Assembly: GCF_000025125.1 (NCBI RefSeq)
Contig: NC_013771.1
Location: 240,001 to 272,000 of the forward strand
Source: Candidatus Atelocyanobacterium thalassa isolate ALOHA
GTDB lineage: Bacteria; Cyanobacteriota; Cyanobacteriia; Cyanobacteriales; Microcystaceae
Reading direction: 5' to 3'
DNA length: 32,000 nt
In this document: positions 1 through 9,666 of the stretch, in pieces
Numbering within the stretch: position 1 is the first letter of the stretch
Layout of the letters: each line of letters begins with the position of its first letter
Program-made: the position numbers and the translations under genes
The notes under the pieces: model-generated
Told to the model about the DNA's origin: nothing
The model's database searches: none
Seen by the model: the letters and a program-made list of their open reading frames with translations, nothing else

Positions 1-383
1 AAAGCATAATTACGACTAATCAGAGAATATTCATATAGAGGGAAATAACCAAAACTAAATAATACTTTTTGTAATGTATTAAAAGGAGCGTATATGATAA
101 AAATAGATAATGTAGCAACAGATATTAACCAATGAACAACTTGCATTATTATTGGATTAGCCGTGAATTTATTTAAAAACCATAACAAGAAATACCATAA
201 TAAGGGGTGCCCTTCATATTTAACGCTTTCAAAGAAATCAAAAAAGGAAGAGCTATCTCGTGCAATCAACCAACCATTCAATTCATCACGCCACATAGAA
301 TGATTTAGAATTCCAATGAATGTAATGATAGCAAAAGTTATTATTAAGACTATTTCAATCTTCTTCTTCTGTTTCAACAGCAT
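1..383 (-). CDS. Partial CDS (N-terminal ~127 codons, continues past the left edge): polytopic membrane protein, possibly a GT-C/ArnT-like glycosyltransferase
   Basis: Not in the ORF track. My minus-strand translation from ATG (plus-strand cat at 381-383) is open to position 1: MLLKQKKKIEIVLIITFAIITFIGILNHSMWRDELNGWLIARDSSSFFDFFESVKYEGHPLLWYFLLWFLNKFTANPIIMQVVHWLISVATLSIFIIYAPFNTLQKVLFSFGYFPLYEYSLISRNYA. About 127 stop-free codons is unlikely by chance in DNA this AT-rich. Several hydrophobic segments are present. The family assignment is only a resemblance judged by eye. Confidence 0.55.
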   Translation of the reverse strand, partial: MLLKQKKKIEIVLIITFAIITFIGILNHSMWRDELNGWLIARDSSSFFDFFESVKYEGHPLLWYFLLWFLNKFTANPIIMQVVHWLISVATLSIFIIYAPFNTLQKVLFSFGYFPLYEYSLISRNYA

Positions 384-1112
384 AAATTTTTAATTAATAT
401 AATTTAAAAAATGTGAGTAAAAATTAATATAAAAAAACTATTCTAAAAAATAGTTTGTTAGCTAAAAAAGTTAGTTATTTAGATCATTATGATTCGTTAT
501 GGATACAAAAATTTTGGCTTTTATATTAAGAAAATAAAATATGATAATTAGTTTGTTGTATTAAAGATAGCTAATTACTACATGAAAAGAGCTAATATTA
601 AGTTCTTTTGTTACTAATGCTACGTATTTAAGACTTTGACAAGAGTTATTATTGAGATAACACAAAATTACATTAAAAAAATTAAATGTTTAAATTGTCA
701 AGCATACCAATATTGTAAATTTTGTAGTTAAATGAATAAGTAAAGTTGTTTATTTTTTAAACTTTCATGATTTTTTGTAATGACAGTTAAAAATGTTATT
801 GTATGACTTATCAATAAGGATCTAGGCTAATATTTAGAAAATTAATTAAATTAATAATTGTACCTATAAGATAAAAAAGTTCTTCTATAGTTGTATGTAA
901 TAGGTTCAATTAATGATTTGAGAGCTAGTCAGTCAAATAAAATTCTGATAAGAGCATTTTGATAAAAAAAAATATAAATTGATTCTTTACTACCCATTCA
1001 TGGCAAAAACCGCCATAATAAAAAAGTCAGGAAAGAATTAAAAAATTTACTGTAAATAGTAGAAAATTTAAATGTATCATTCTTGGCTGTTAGAAATATT
1101 TATTAATCTCTT

Positions 1113-1124
1113 GGTGTGAGGAAA
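1113..1124 (+). promoter_or_regulatory. GGTGTGAGGAAA: Shine-Dalgarno-containing 12-mer at the PBP start, identical to the porin RBS 12-mer; contains GUGUGAGGA, complementary to the Yfr1 sRNA loop
   Basis: Read directly: cttGGTGTGAGGAAAttaagaactGTG. GAGGA lies at 1118-1122 and an in-frame GTG at 1134-1136, 11 nt downstream. The same 12-mer occurs on the minus strand at 26237-26248, upstream of the porin ATG. Confidence 0.4.
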
Positions 1125-3071
1125 TTAAGAACTGTGTCGTTTAAAACTATTCGACAAAAACAAAATAATAAAAAATTCTCGATTATTGATAATTCTTTTA
1201 TTCGAGAAACCTTTTTTGTTGTTAAAAAAACTACTTTAGGACTTAGCCTGCTAACGACTTCCATGGTTGCCGGAGGGTTGGTAGGTTTGGCTATTAGTTT
1301 TCGAGATTTACCGAATGTACGTACTCTTAGTAACTACTCTCCATCAGAAACTAGCTATGTTTATGATATAAAAGGTAAGTTGATATCTCGACTTCATGGT
1401 GAAGCAAATCGTGAAGCTGTAGCATTTAAACAAATTTCACCTCACTTAAAACGTGCAGTTTTAGCAATTGAAGATAGTCATTTTTATTTACACCATGGAA
1501 TTAATCCTAACAGTATCGGAAGAGCTATGTGGGTTAATTGGAAAAGTGGTGGAGTAGTAGAAGGCGCATCAACTTTAACTATGCAGTTGGTTAAAAACAT
1601 TTTTTTGAGTAGCGATCGCACCTTTAGCAGAAAGTTATCTGAAGCAGTTTTAGCAATTCGCATAGAACAAGTATTTTCGAAAAACCAAATCATGGAAATG
1701 TATCTCAATAATATTTATTGGGGACATAATAATTATGGTGCACAAACTGCAGCACAAAGCTACTTTAATAAATCAGCTGCTAAGTTGAATTTACCAGAAG
1801 CAGCTCTCATAGCAGGTCTAATTCAAGCTCCAGAAACACACAGTCCTTTTTTTGATTATCAAAAAGCAAAAAAAAGACAAAAAGTTGTTCTTGATCGTAT
1901 GGCTGCTTTAGGATGGATTACTGAGAAAGAAGCTGCAATAGCCTATAAAACATCTTTAAAAATTGGAAAACCAACTTCGTGGCAAGCTAGTAAATTACCT
2001 TACGTTAGCGACACGGTAATGCAAGAGTTAAAGGGTAAGTTTAGTAAAGATATAATACTAAAGGGTGGGATGCGTATACAAACATCTATTAATTATGCCA
2101 CGCAACAAAAAGCCGAAAGAGCAGTTAAAGACGGATATGAAAAATTAAGAAAGCAAGGAATATCTGCTAAAGATCTTCAAGTTGCTTTAGTAGCAATTGA
2201 TCCACGTACCCATTTCATAAAAGCAATTGTTGGAGGAGTAAATTATAATAAAAGCCAACTAAACCGAGCTACTCAATCTCGCCGTCAACCAGGTTCATCT
2301 TTTAAACCATTCGTTTATTACACAGCTTTTGCTAGTGGGAAATTTACACCAAGCTCGGTAATTAATGATAGTCCTGTTACTTATAGAGACGGGGCAGGAC
2401 AATTATATAGTCCTAGAAACTATGGAGGAAAGTTTTCAGGAACTATGTCACTAAAATCTGCTCTGATGAAGTCTCGTAATGTTCCTGCCGTAGTTATTGG
2501 ACAAAAAGTTGGGGTAAGAAAAATAATTGATGTTTGTCGTTTATTAGGTATTACGAGCCCTATGCGTCCAGTAATTTCTCTTCCTCTAGGTGCCGGAGAT
2601 ATTACACCTTTAGAGATGGCAAATGCTTATGCAACTTTTGCTAGCAATGGATGGTATGCTGATCCTACAATTATTCTCAAAGTTACTGATAGCAAAGGTA
2701 ATATCTTATTAGATAATACTCCCCAACCGTACTTTGTCCTTGATCCTTGGGCAACATCTTCTTTAACTAGTGTTTTACAAGAAGTTATTCAAAGAGGTAC
2801 AGGAAGAGCCGCTAATATTGGTAGGCCAGCAGCAGGAAAAACTGGAACTACAGATAATGAACGTAATGTTTGGTTTGTTGGTTATGTACCCCAACTAGCG
2901 ACTGCCGTATGGGTTGGTGATGATGCTAATCGAGCTTTAGGGAAAGGTATTACAGGAGGCGGACATGCAGCACCTATATGGCGTAGCTTTATGAAAGAAG
3001 CTCTAAAAAATGAACCAGTCAAAAATTTTCATGGAGCCTCGAAATTTTCTCGACCTCAAGCAAAAAAATAG
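1116..3071 (+). CDS. Class A penicillin-binding protein (PBP1A-like bifunctional transglycosylase/transpeptidase)
   Basis: 651-aa ORF. It has an N-terminal TM anchor, the GT51 motif EDSHFYLHHGI and RKLSEA, and transpeptidase motifs SSFKP (SxxK), SRN (SxN) and KTGT. The track start is GTG 1116. In-frame GTG 1134 has better spacing from the GAGGA at 1118-1122, so the start is uncertain by 6 codons. Confidence 0.9.
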   Translation: MRKLRTVSFKTIRQKQNNKKFSIIDNSFIRETFFVVKKTTLGLSLLTTSMVAGGLVGLAISFRDLPNVRTLSNYSPSETSYVYDIKGKLISRLHGEANREAVAFKQISPHLKRAVLAIEDSHFYLHHGINPNSIGRAMWVNWKSGGVVEGASTLTMQLVKNIFLSSDRTFSRKLSEAVLAIRIEQVFSKNQIMEMYLNNIYWGHNNYGAQTAAQSYFNKSAAKLNLPEAALIAGLIQAPETHSPFFDYQKAKKRQKVVLDRMAALGWITEKEAAIAYKTSLKIGKPTSWQASKLPYVSDTVMQELKGKFSKDIILKGGMRIQTSINYATQQKAERAVKDGYEKLRKQGISAKDLQVALVAIDPRTHFIKAIVGGVNYNKSQLNRATQSRRQPGSSFKPFVYYTAFASGKFTPSSVINDSPVTYRDGAGQLYSPRNYGGKFSGTMSLKSALMKSRNVPAVVIGQKVGVRKIIDVCRLLGITSPMRPVISLPLGAGDITPLEMANAYATFASNGWYADPTIILKVTDSKGNILLDNTPQPYFVLDPWATSSLTSVLQEVIQRGTGRAANIGRPAAGKTGTTDNERNVWFVGYVPQLATAVWVGDDANRALGKGITGGGHAAPIWRSFMKEALKNEPVKNFHGASKFSRPQAKK

Positions 3072-3258
3072 ACTGAATATGAACTTAATGAAAAGAGTAT
3101 ATTAAAAATTAATAGCATAAATTACTTATTTACTTTTTATAAGTAACGGTAACTATTATTTTAAAAAATTTATATTTCAATACGACAAAAGTCATGTAAG
3201 CTGTATAAATATTTTTTTAAGTTCAAATATTTTTCTATTATTTAACTAATTTTAAATT

Positions 3259-5880
3259 ATGTCTTTTGTTGGTTTACATGTACATAGTGCCTATAGTTTG
3301 CTTGATGGAGCATCTCAATTAGATGCGTTGGTTGATCGCGCTATTCAGCTAGGCATGCCTGCAATAGCATTAACTGATCATGGAGTTATGTATGGAGCGA
3401 TTGAACTAATTAAAGTTTGTAAGAATAAAAATATTAAACCCATTATTGGTAACGAAATGTACGTTATTAATGGGGATATTACAGAAAAAAAACGATATAA
3501 AAAGTATCACCAAGTTGTTTTAGCTAAAAATACACAAGGATATAAAAATTTATCAAAGCTAACTACGATTTCTCATCTTGAGGGAGTACAGGGCAAAGGA
3601 ATTTTTTCACGCCCTTGTATTAATAAAGAATTATTAGAAAAGTACCACGATGGATTAATTGTAACTAGTGCCTGCTTAGGAGGAGAAATACCTCAAAAAA
3701 TTTTATCAGGAGATTTTCAAGGTGCAAAAGAAGTGGCCCAGTGGTACAAAAAAATCTTTGCAAATGATTTCTACCTAGAAATTCAAGATCATGGATCTAC
3801 AGAAGATAGAATTGTTAATGTTTCAATTAGTAAAATCGCTCAAGATTTAAATATTAAGATTATAGCTACTAATGATTCTCACTTTACTTCTTGCTATGAT
3901 GTCGAAGCGCATGATGCTTTACTATGCATTCAAACAGCAAAACTTATTTCTGATGAGAAAAGGTTAAGATATAGCGGAACAGAATACCTAAAATCTATTG
4001 ATGAAATGAAATTACTTTTTCGTGATCATCTTGATGATGATCTTATAAAAGAAGCTATTAATAATACTTTAGAAGTCGCTAATAAAATCGATACTTACCA
4101 TATTTTAGGAGAACCACGTATTCCAGACTTTCCGGTTCCTATAGGGCATGATCTTGACAGCTATGTAAGAGAAATTAGTCTCCAAGGATTATTAGAAAGA
4201 TTAAATTGTAAATCTATCAATCAAGTTTCAGAAGAATACCAGCAGCGTTTAGAATATGAGTTGGACATGCTTGAAAAAATGGGATTCTCAAGTTATTTTT
4301 TAGTAGTTTGGGATTATATTAAATATGCAAGAGATAATGAAATTCCCGTAGGTCCAGGTAGAGGATCCGCAGCAGGTTCTTTGGTAGCATACTCTTTAAA
4401 AATTACAAACATTGATCCCATTTATCATGGTTTACTTTTTGAAAGATTTTTAAATCCTGAAAGAAAATCAATGCCTGATGTTGATACAGACTTTTGCATC
4501 GAAAGGCGTGATGAAATGATTAAATATGTCACGAAAAAGTATGGCGAGAAAAACGTTGCTCAGATTATTACATTCAATCGAATGACTTCTAAAGCTGTTT
4601 TAAAAGATGTAGCAAGGGTATTAGATATTCCATATTCTGAATCAGATAAAATGACTAAAATGATTCCTGTAACAAGAGGGAAACCTACAAAATTAAAAGT
4701 AATGGTTTCTAATGAAACTCCTTCTCCAGAATTTAAAGATCGATACGATCAAGACCCGTTAGTTAGACGATGGTTAGATATGGCTATCCGTATTGAGGGT
4801 ACTAATAAAACATTTGGAGTACATGCAGCAGGAGTAGTAATTTCCTCAGAATCTTTGGATGAAATCGTTCCGTTACAAAAAAATAACGATGGGGCCGTAA
4901 TAACACAATACTATATGGAAGATTTAGAATCATTAGGTCTGTTAAAAATGGATTTCTTAGGATTAAGAAATTTAACTACAATTCAACGAGCTGCTGATTT
5001 AATAGAAAAAAATCGGAATATTAAACTAGATGTAGAACAATTGCCTACAGATGAAAGGAAAGCTCTGAAAGAATTGGAACAAGGAAAAATCAGCAAGTTA
5101 CCTACTGATATTGAAAAAACTCATAAATTATTAGGAGACGGCGAATTGGAAGGAATTTTTCAATTAGAATCATCAGGGATGAAGCAGATAGTAAAAGATT
5201 TAAAACCATCAGGAATAGAAGATATATCCTCTATTCTTGCTCTATATCGTCCTGGGCCATTAGATGCAGGATTAATTCCAAAATTTATTAACCGTAAGCA
5301 TGGTAAAGAAGCAATTAAATATGAAGATAAACTTTTAGAACCTATTTTAAAAGAAACATATGCTGTTTTAGTTTACCAAGAGCAAATCATGACAATGGCG
5401 CAACAATTAGCTGGCTATTCTCTCGGAGAAGCAGATTTGCTACGTCGAGCTATGGGTAAAAAGAAGGCCTCAGAAATGGAAAAACACCAAAAAAATTTTA
5501 TTGATGGTTCATTAAATAATGGGGTTTCTCGGTCTGTTGCAGAAAATCTTTTTCAACAGATGGTTAAGTTTGCTGAATACTGCCTCAGTTATGACACAAA
5601 AGTTTTAACTGTTGAATATGGGCTGTTGCCTATTGGAAGAATAGTACAAGAAAATATTAAATGTAAAGTTTACACTATTAATAATCAAGGGGTCATTTAT
5701 ACTCAGCCAATTGCTCAATGGCATGATAGAGGTAAACAAGAAATTTTTGAATACTGTCTCGATGATGAAACAGTGATTCAAGCAACTAAAGACCATAAAT
5801 TCATGACTACTGACAACGTAATGATGCCTATTGATCAAATTTTTGAGGAAGGATTAGAATTAAAAAAAATTAAACTATAA
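3259..5880 (+). CDS. dnaE: DNA polymerase III alpha subunit, N-terminal half (split DnaE, 774-aa extein) fused to the N-fragment of the DnaE split intein
   Basis: 873 aa. The PHP domain begins [17 protein letters not shown], and the polymerase core has PDVDTDF. The extein ends ...KFAEY at residue 774 and is followed by [14 protein letters not shown]. There is no C-terminal OB or beta-binding part, as expected for the cyanobacterial split gene. Confidence 0.95.
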   Translation: MSFVGLHVHSAYSLLDGASQLDALVDRAIQLGMPAIALTDHGVMYGAIELIKVCKNKNIKPIIGNEMYVINGDITEKKRYKKYHQVVLAKNTQGYKNLSKLTTISHLEGVQGKGIFSRPCINKELLEKYHDGLIVTSACLGGEIPQKILSGDFQGAKEVAQWYKKIFANDFYLEIQDHGSTEDRIVNVSISKIAQDLNIKIIATNDSHFTSCYDVEAHDALLCIQTAKLISDEKRLRYSGTEYLKSIDEMKLLFRDHLDDDLIKEAINNTLEVANKIDTYHILGEPRIPDFPVPIGHDLDSYVREISLQGLLERLNCKSINQVSEEYQQRLEYELDMLEKMGFSSYFLVVWDYIKYARDNEIPVGPGRGSAAGSLVAYSLKITNIDPIYHGLLFERFLNPERKSMPDVDTDFCIERRDEMIKYVTKKYGEKNVAQIITFNRMTSKAVLKDVARVLDIPYSESDKMTKMIPVTRGKPTKLKVMVSNETPSPEFKDRYDQDPLVRRWLDMAIRIEGTNKTFGVHAAGVVISSESLDEIVPLQKNNDGAVITQYYMEDLESLGLLKMDFLGLRNLTTIQRAADLIEKNRNIKLDVEQLPTDERKALKELEQGKISKLPTDIEKTHKLLGDGELEGIFQLESSGMKQIVKDLKPSGIEDISSILALYRPGPLDAGLIPKFINRKHGKEAIKYEDKLLEPILKETYAVLVYQEQIMTMAQQLAGYSLGEADLLRRAMGKKKASEMEKHQKNFIDGSLNNGVSRSVAENLFQQMVKFAEYCLSYDTKVLTVEYGLLPIGRIVQENIKCKVYTINNQGVIYTQPIAQWHDRGKQEIFEYCLDDETVIQATKDHKFMTTDNVMMPIDQIFEEGLELKKIKL
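5581..5877 (+). other. DnaE split-intein N-fragment (IntN, 99 aa)
   Basis: TGC at 5581 is codon 775. The sequence is [99 protein letters not shown]. Block A (CLSxDT) and block B (TKDH) are present. It closely resembles the Npu/Ssp DnaE IntN sequences from memory. Confidence 0.9.
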
Positions 5881-5905
5881 AAAAGAAATAAGTTACTTTT
5901 TATTA

Positions 5906-6877
5906 TTAATAAAGTCTATCTAATACATAATTAACAAGCTCAGTTAAAGATTGAGAAAAGGGTGAAGGCTTAAGACAATCTAATTGTTCTATAGCTAATA
6001 GAGCATAATATTTCGCCAACTCTTGTGAGCGTTGAATACCTTTGCTTTCAGCTACTATTGCTAAAGCTTTTTCAATATCTTTTTCTTGATTAAATTCTCT
6101 TTCAATAAGTTTTGCTAAATAAGGTGTTTCCTCCATTGCAAATAGAACAGGAGCAGTAATATTACCGTTAATCAAATCTGAACCTGCAGGTTTACCTAGT
6201 ACTTTTGTTGGTGAAGTAAAATCAAGAATATCGTCAACGATTTGAAAGGCTAATCCTAGACATCGTCCATAAGTGTAAATGCTATTAATAATATCTAAGG
6301 AAGAGTTGCTTAAAATTGTTGCAGATTTAGCGCTATTAGCAATTAAAGAAGCTGTTTTGTAATAACTTTTATCTAAGTATGAATCCAAAGTTAAACTTGT
6401 ATCAAAGCGATTAATTCCCTGAGATATTTCACCTTCAGCAAAATCACGAATAACTTCAGAAAGTAATTTTACTACTTGCAAGTTGTCTAAATTGGCTAAA
6501 TACCAAGAAGATTGAGCAAATAAAAAATCTCCTGCGAGAACAGCTATTCGATTATCAAATAGGCTATTTACCGTAGGAACATTACGCCGCAATACCGCTT
6601 CATCTACTATATCGTCATGGACTAAACTTGCAGTGTGAATCATTTCAGTTATTTCTGCGAGTCGACGATGATGTGGAGTAATATCACCTTCTAGCATAGT
6701 TGCTTTAGAAACTAGTAATACGATGGCAGGACGAATATGTTTGCCACCAGCATCAAAAAGATGTTCAGCAGCTGCACTAAGAATAGGGTGGCGTGTTCCA
6801 ACTAAACTCTTTAAATTATTTCTTAAAAGTTTTAAATCGTCTTCTACGGGAAAAAATAGGGAAGTTTTTGAGGTCAT
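5906..6877 (-). CDS. sds: Solanesyl (all-trans-nonaprenyl) diphosphate synthase, polyprenyl synthetase family
   Basis: 323 aa. Both Asp-rich motifs are present (LVHDDIVDE and QIVDDILDF). It resembles cyanobacterial plastoquinone side-chain synthases over its full length, from memory. Confidence 0.85.
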   Translation of the reverse strand: MTSKTSLFFPVEDDLKLLRNNLKSLVGTRHPILSAAAEHLFDAGGKHIRPAIVLLVSKATMLEGDITPHHRRLAEITEMIHTASLVHDDIVDEAVLRRNVPTVNSLFDNRIAVLAGDFLFAQSSWYLANLDNLQVVKLLSEVIRDFAEGEISQGINRFDTSLTLDSYLDKSYYKTASLIANSAKSATILSNSSLDIINSIYTYGRCLGLAFQIVDDILDFTSPTKVLGKPAGSDLINGNITAPVLFAMEETPYLAKLIEREFNQEKDIEKALAIVAESKGIQRSQELAKYYALLAIEQLDCLKPSPFSQSLTELVNYVLDRLY

Positions 6878-7120
6878 ACGGTTAGCTAAACCTGATTATC
6901 AAGTCATGAAATTTTACATACCGCTATATTTATTTTAAGCTAACCTTTTCACACTGGGAAGCCCTGTAATTTTTTGTTTAATAATAATAAATGTTTCAAA
7001 AAGTATAAATTGATTAAGAAAATTATTCTCTGGTATGTTAATTGTATTTTTTTATTTATGGATAATTATTACTATTTAAATTACTAAATTAGAGGTAAGG
7101 CATTAATAATAACATAACAA

Positions 7121-7966
7121 TTAGTTGTTTTTATTTATTGTATTACTAATCATTAATTCCTGGAGATTTCTATTTAATGAAATAAAGTCAACTAACGGAT
7201 AATAACCTAAACATTTTTTAGAAAGTCGGGAAAAGTTTTTAGGAGAGCCAGTGACTACAAATCTTACATTGAAGCCAGGACTCCTTTTGCGTAAGCTCAT
7301 TATTTCCAATTCTTTCTTTACTGATTGTGCTACATAATATGCAGGATCTATTAATTCAATTTTATAAGGAATAATATTTTTAATTATTTCTTCTAAATGC
7401 CTATAATGAGTACAGCCGTATATAAGTGTATCAATATTTTTTTCTAATAAAGGATTGATATATTTTTTAAGAATTTCTTGTGTATGAAAATCATAAATTT
7501 TATCGCGTTCAATTAAAGGTACAAGTTCAGGACACCCTACTTGCCAGACTTTTATATTAGGATTAATTTCTTGAATAGCTTGACGATAGGAGTCACTTTT
7601 AGCTGTTGCAAGAGTTGATATAACTCCAACACGGTGGCTATATTTTGTAGCCGCTCTAGCTCCAGGTAAAACTACCCCCAAGATTGGAAAATTGAATTCT
7701 TTACGAACAGCTTCTAAAGCCAGGGCAGAACTGGTATTGCAAGCCATAACAGCCATTTTTACCTTGCTGTAACTCATCCAATTTAGAATTTCTCTAACAA
7801 ATTGTAGTATTTCGGTCGAAGAGCGGTTTCCATAAGGCAGTCTAGCATTATCAGCAAAATATAAAATTGATTCTTGAGGTAGTAGTTTGTGAATTTCTTG
7901 AAAGACGGTTAATCCTCCTACACCACTATCAAAAATTCCAATTGGATAGTCATTCACTGTTCTCAT
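7121..7966 (-). CDS. murI: Glutamate racemase
   Basis: Motifs FDSGVGGLTV, the catalytic Cys motif ACNTSS and GCTHY. The track start at 7972 is a TTG codon (plus-strand caa 7970-7972). The ATG two codons downstream (cat 7964-7966) is preferred, giving 281 aa. Confidence 0.88.
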   Translation of the reverse strand: MRTVNDYPIGIFDSGVGGLTVFQEIHKLLPQESILYFADNARLPYGNRSSTEILQFVREILNWMSYSKVKMAVMACNTSSALALEAVRKEFNFPILGVVLPGARAATKYSHRVGVISTLATAKSDSYRQAIQEINPNIKVWQVGCPELVPLIERDKIYDFHTQEILKKYINPLLEKNIDTLIYGCTHYRHLEEIIKNIIPYKIELIDPAYYVAQSVKKELEIMSLRKRSPGFNVRFVVTGSPKNFSRLSKKCLGYYPLVDFISLNRNLQELMISNTINKNN

Positions 7967-8072
7967 TTGCAATTATTTTGTAAGAAATTTTTTAATAGTC
8001 AAGAATAGTATTACATTCAAGTAAATTATGTTGTACATGTAAAAGAAGATTATTAAATTTTTTGTTGTTAAT

Positions 8073-8113
8073 AATTTAGAAGTCTTAATAAAGATAATTA
8101 AGTCTTCTAAATT
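8073..8113 (-). terminator. Hairpin downstream of the antiporter gene (17-bp stem with one mismatch, 7-nt loop)
   Basis: aatttagaagtcttaat / aaagata / attaagtcttctaaatt, checked base by base, with a single T-T mismatch. It lies about 155 nt past the antiporter stop. No U-tract follows, so the terminator role is tentative. Confidence 0.3.
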
Positions 8114-8268
8114 AGAGCGATTTGAAAAATTTTGCTAGTAGACTAAATTCTATCAAACTAAAGAACTCGACATTTTAAAGCTTTTTAGCACATGAAATAA
8201 AACTTATTTGTTAAATTTATGGTTAAAAATATTAAAACTAAATAATATGATATGTTATTTCAAATAAA

Positions 8269-9666
8269 TTAAGTAATTTTTTGTTTTTGAGTAGCCAAGA
8301 AAGGTTCTTTTAAGATACTTCTAAGGAGAAGGGGAGCTAAAAAAGTTGTAAAAATAACCATTACAATAATTGATGCTTCTATAGGTTTAGATAATATGCC
8401 GCTAGCTGAACCAACACCTACAAATACCAGGCCAACTTCACCTCGAGGAATCATACCTACACCAATAGCAAGTTTATTAAGTTCAGGTTGACCAATAATA
8501 GTAAATCCAGAAATAATTTTCCCAATAATAGCTACAAGTATTAAAAATCCAGCTAGAATTAGTCCTTCTCTATTATTAGGATCAGTAGGATTTAAAACGC
8601 TTAAATCTGTTTTTGCCCCAACACATACGAAAAATATAGGAACAAAAATATCAGAAATCGGGGCTATTACATCTTGAAGCTCCTTTCGTTTTTCTGTCTC
8701 TGCTAAGACTAACCCTGCAGCAAAAGAGCCAAGAATAGTTTCCAAGTGAATTATTTGAGCTATGTAAGAGAGTACAAAAGCGAAGCATAAAGATATCAAC
8801 AATAGTTGACCTCTAGTCTTCATTTTATTGACTAACTTAACATATACTGGATGTAGTAATCGTCCTATAAAAATTGCTCCAATTAAAAATATTGCAGCAC
8901 TCAAAGATAAATAAGCAATATTAAAAATTTCAACTTGTCCTGTTTTAATTAAGCTTGCTACTACTGCTAGGACAATAATTCCTAAAATATCATCTAAAAC
9001 AGCTGCCCCAATTATAATTTGTCCCTCTTGAGAACTAAGATGACCAAGTTCAGCCAGAACCTTAGCTGTGATTCCAATACTAGTGGCTGTCAAAGCTGCC
9101 CCAGCAAAAATTGAGGGAATTATATCAACGTGAAATAAGTAGGTCAAGCCCAAGGTTCCTAATACAAATGGAGCAACAACACCAACTATAGCTACCATTA
9201 CTGATTGAGGACCAACGCTGATCAATTCTTTCAAATTAGATTCTAAACCAATCTCAAATAGGAGAATAATAACGCCAAGTTCTGAAAGAATTGAGATAAT
9301 TTCACCTTGCGAATTAAAAATAGTTTGTATATTTTCAGGGGTAACATCAGCTGAAAATTGCAAAAATCTCATAATCAATGAATTATTTGCAGTATTCATA
9401 CCTTCTGGAAACACTAATAGTCCTAAAATAGATATTCCTATTGTTACTCCCCCAACTAATTCTCCTAAGACAGGAGGAAGATCTATGCGGGCACAAATTT
9501 CTCCTCCTAGTTTACTCGCGAAATAAATTATTACTAAACTAAGCAATATGCTAGATAAAACAAGAGAAGTATCTGTATCTGTATCTACATGCTCTGGTAT
9601 TGTTGCGAATAAAGAAATATAAAAATTGTAATCTATAAAGGTTAAAATTGAATTCAATATATCCAT
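8269..9666 (-). CDS. Cation:proton antiporter, CPA2 family (NhaS3-like Na+/H+ exchanger), without a C-terminal KTN domain
   Basis: 465 aa, with roughly 12 hydrophobic helices. Sodium/hydrogen-exchanger family signatures include PPVLGELVGGV and GMIPRGEVGLVF. The ATG start is at cat 9664-9666. Confidence 0.8.
   Translation of the reverse strand: MDILNSILTFIDYNFYISLFATIPEHVDTDTDTSLVLSSILLSLVIIYFASKLGGEICARIDLPPVLGELVGGVTIGISILGLLVFPEGMNTANNSLIMRFLQFSADVTPENIQTIFNSQGEIISILSELGVIILLFEIGLESNLKELISVGPQSVMVAIVGVVAPFVLGTLGLTYLFHVDIIPSIFAGAALTATSIGITAKVLAELGHLSSQEGQIIIGAAVLDDILGIIVLAVVASLIKTGQVEIFNIAYLSLSAAIFLIGAIFIGRLLHPVYVKLVNKMKTRGQLLLISLCFAFVLSYIAQIIHLETILGSFAAGLVLAETEKRKELQDVIAPISDIFVPIFFVCVGAKTDLSVLNPTDPNNREGLILAGFLILVAIIGKIISGFTIIGQPELNKLAIGVGMIPRGEVGLVFVGVGSASGILSKPIEASIIVMVIFTTFLAPLLLRSILKEPFLATQKQKIT
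9569..9586 (-). repeat. Perfect hexanucleotide tandem repeat (GTATCT)x3 inside the antiporter CDS, encoding DTDTDT
   Basis: Read directly: gtatct gtatct gtatct. It is in frame and lies in the N-terminal pre-TM segment (HVDTDTDTSLV). Confidence 0.8.

Noticed and set aside
1612-1619. HIP1 palindrome GCGATCGC
   Set aside because: This is the only copy I noticed, and it lies inside the PBP coding sequence. It is not a meaningful repeat signal in this window.
6881-6946. 8-bp inverted repeat GGTTAGCT...AGCTAACC in the sds 5' region, ending 3 nt from the ATG (possible translational regulator)
   Set aside because: The stem is only 8 bp with a ~50-nt loop. There is no known riboswitch signature or supporting covariation. 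This is within chance expectation.
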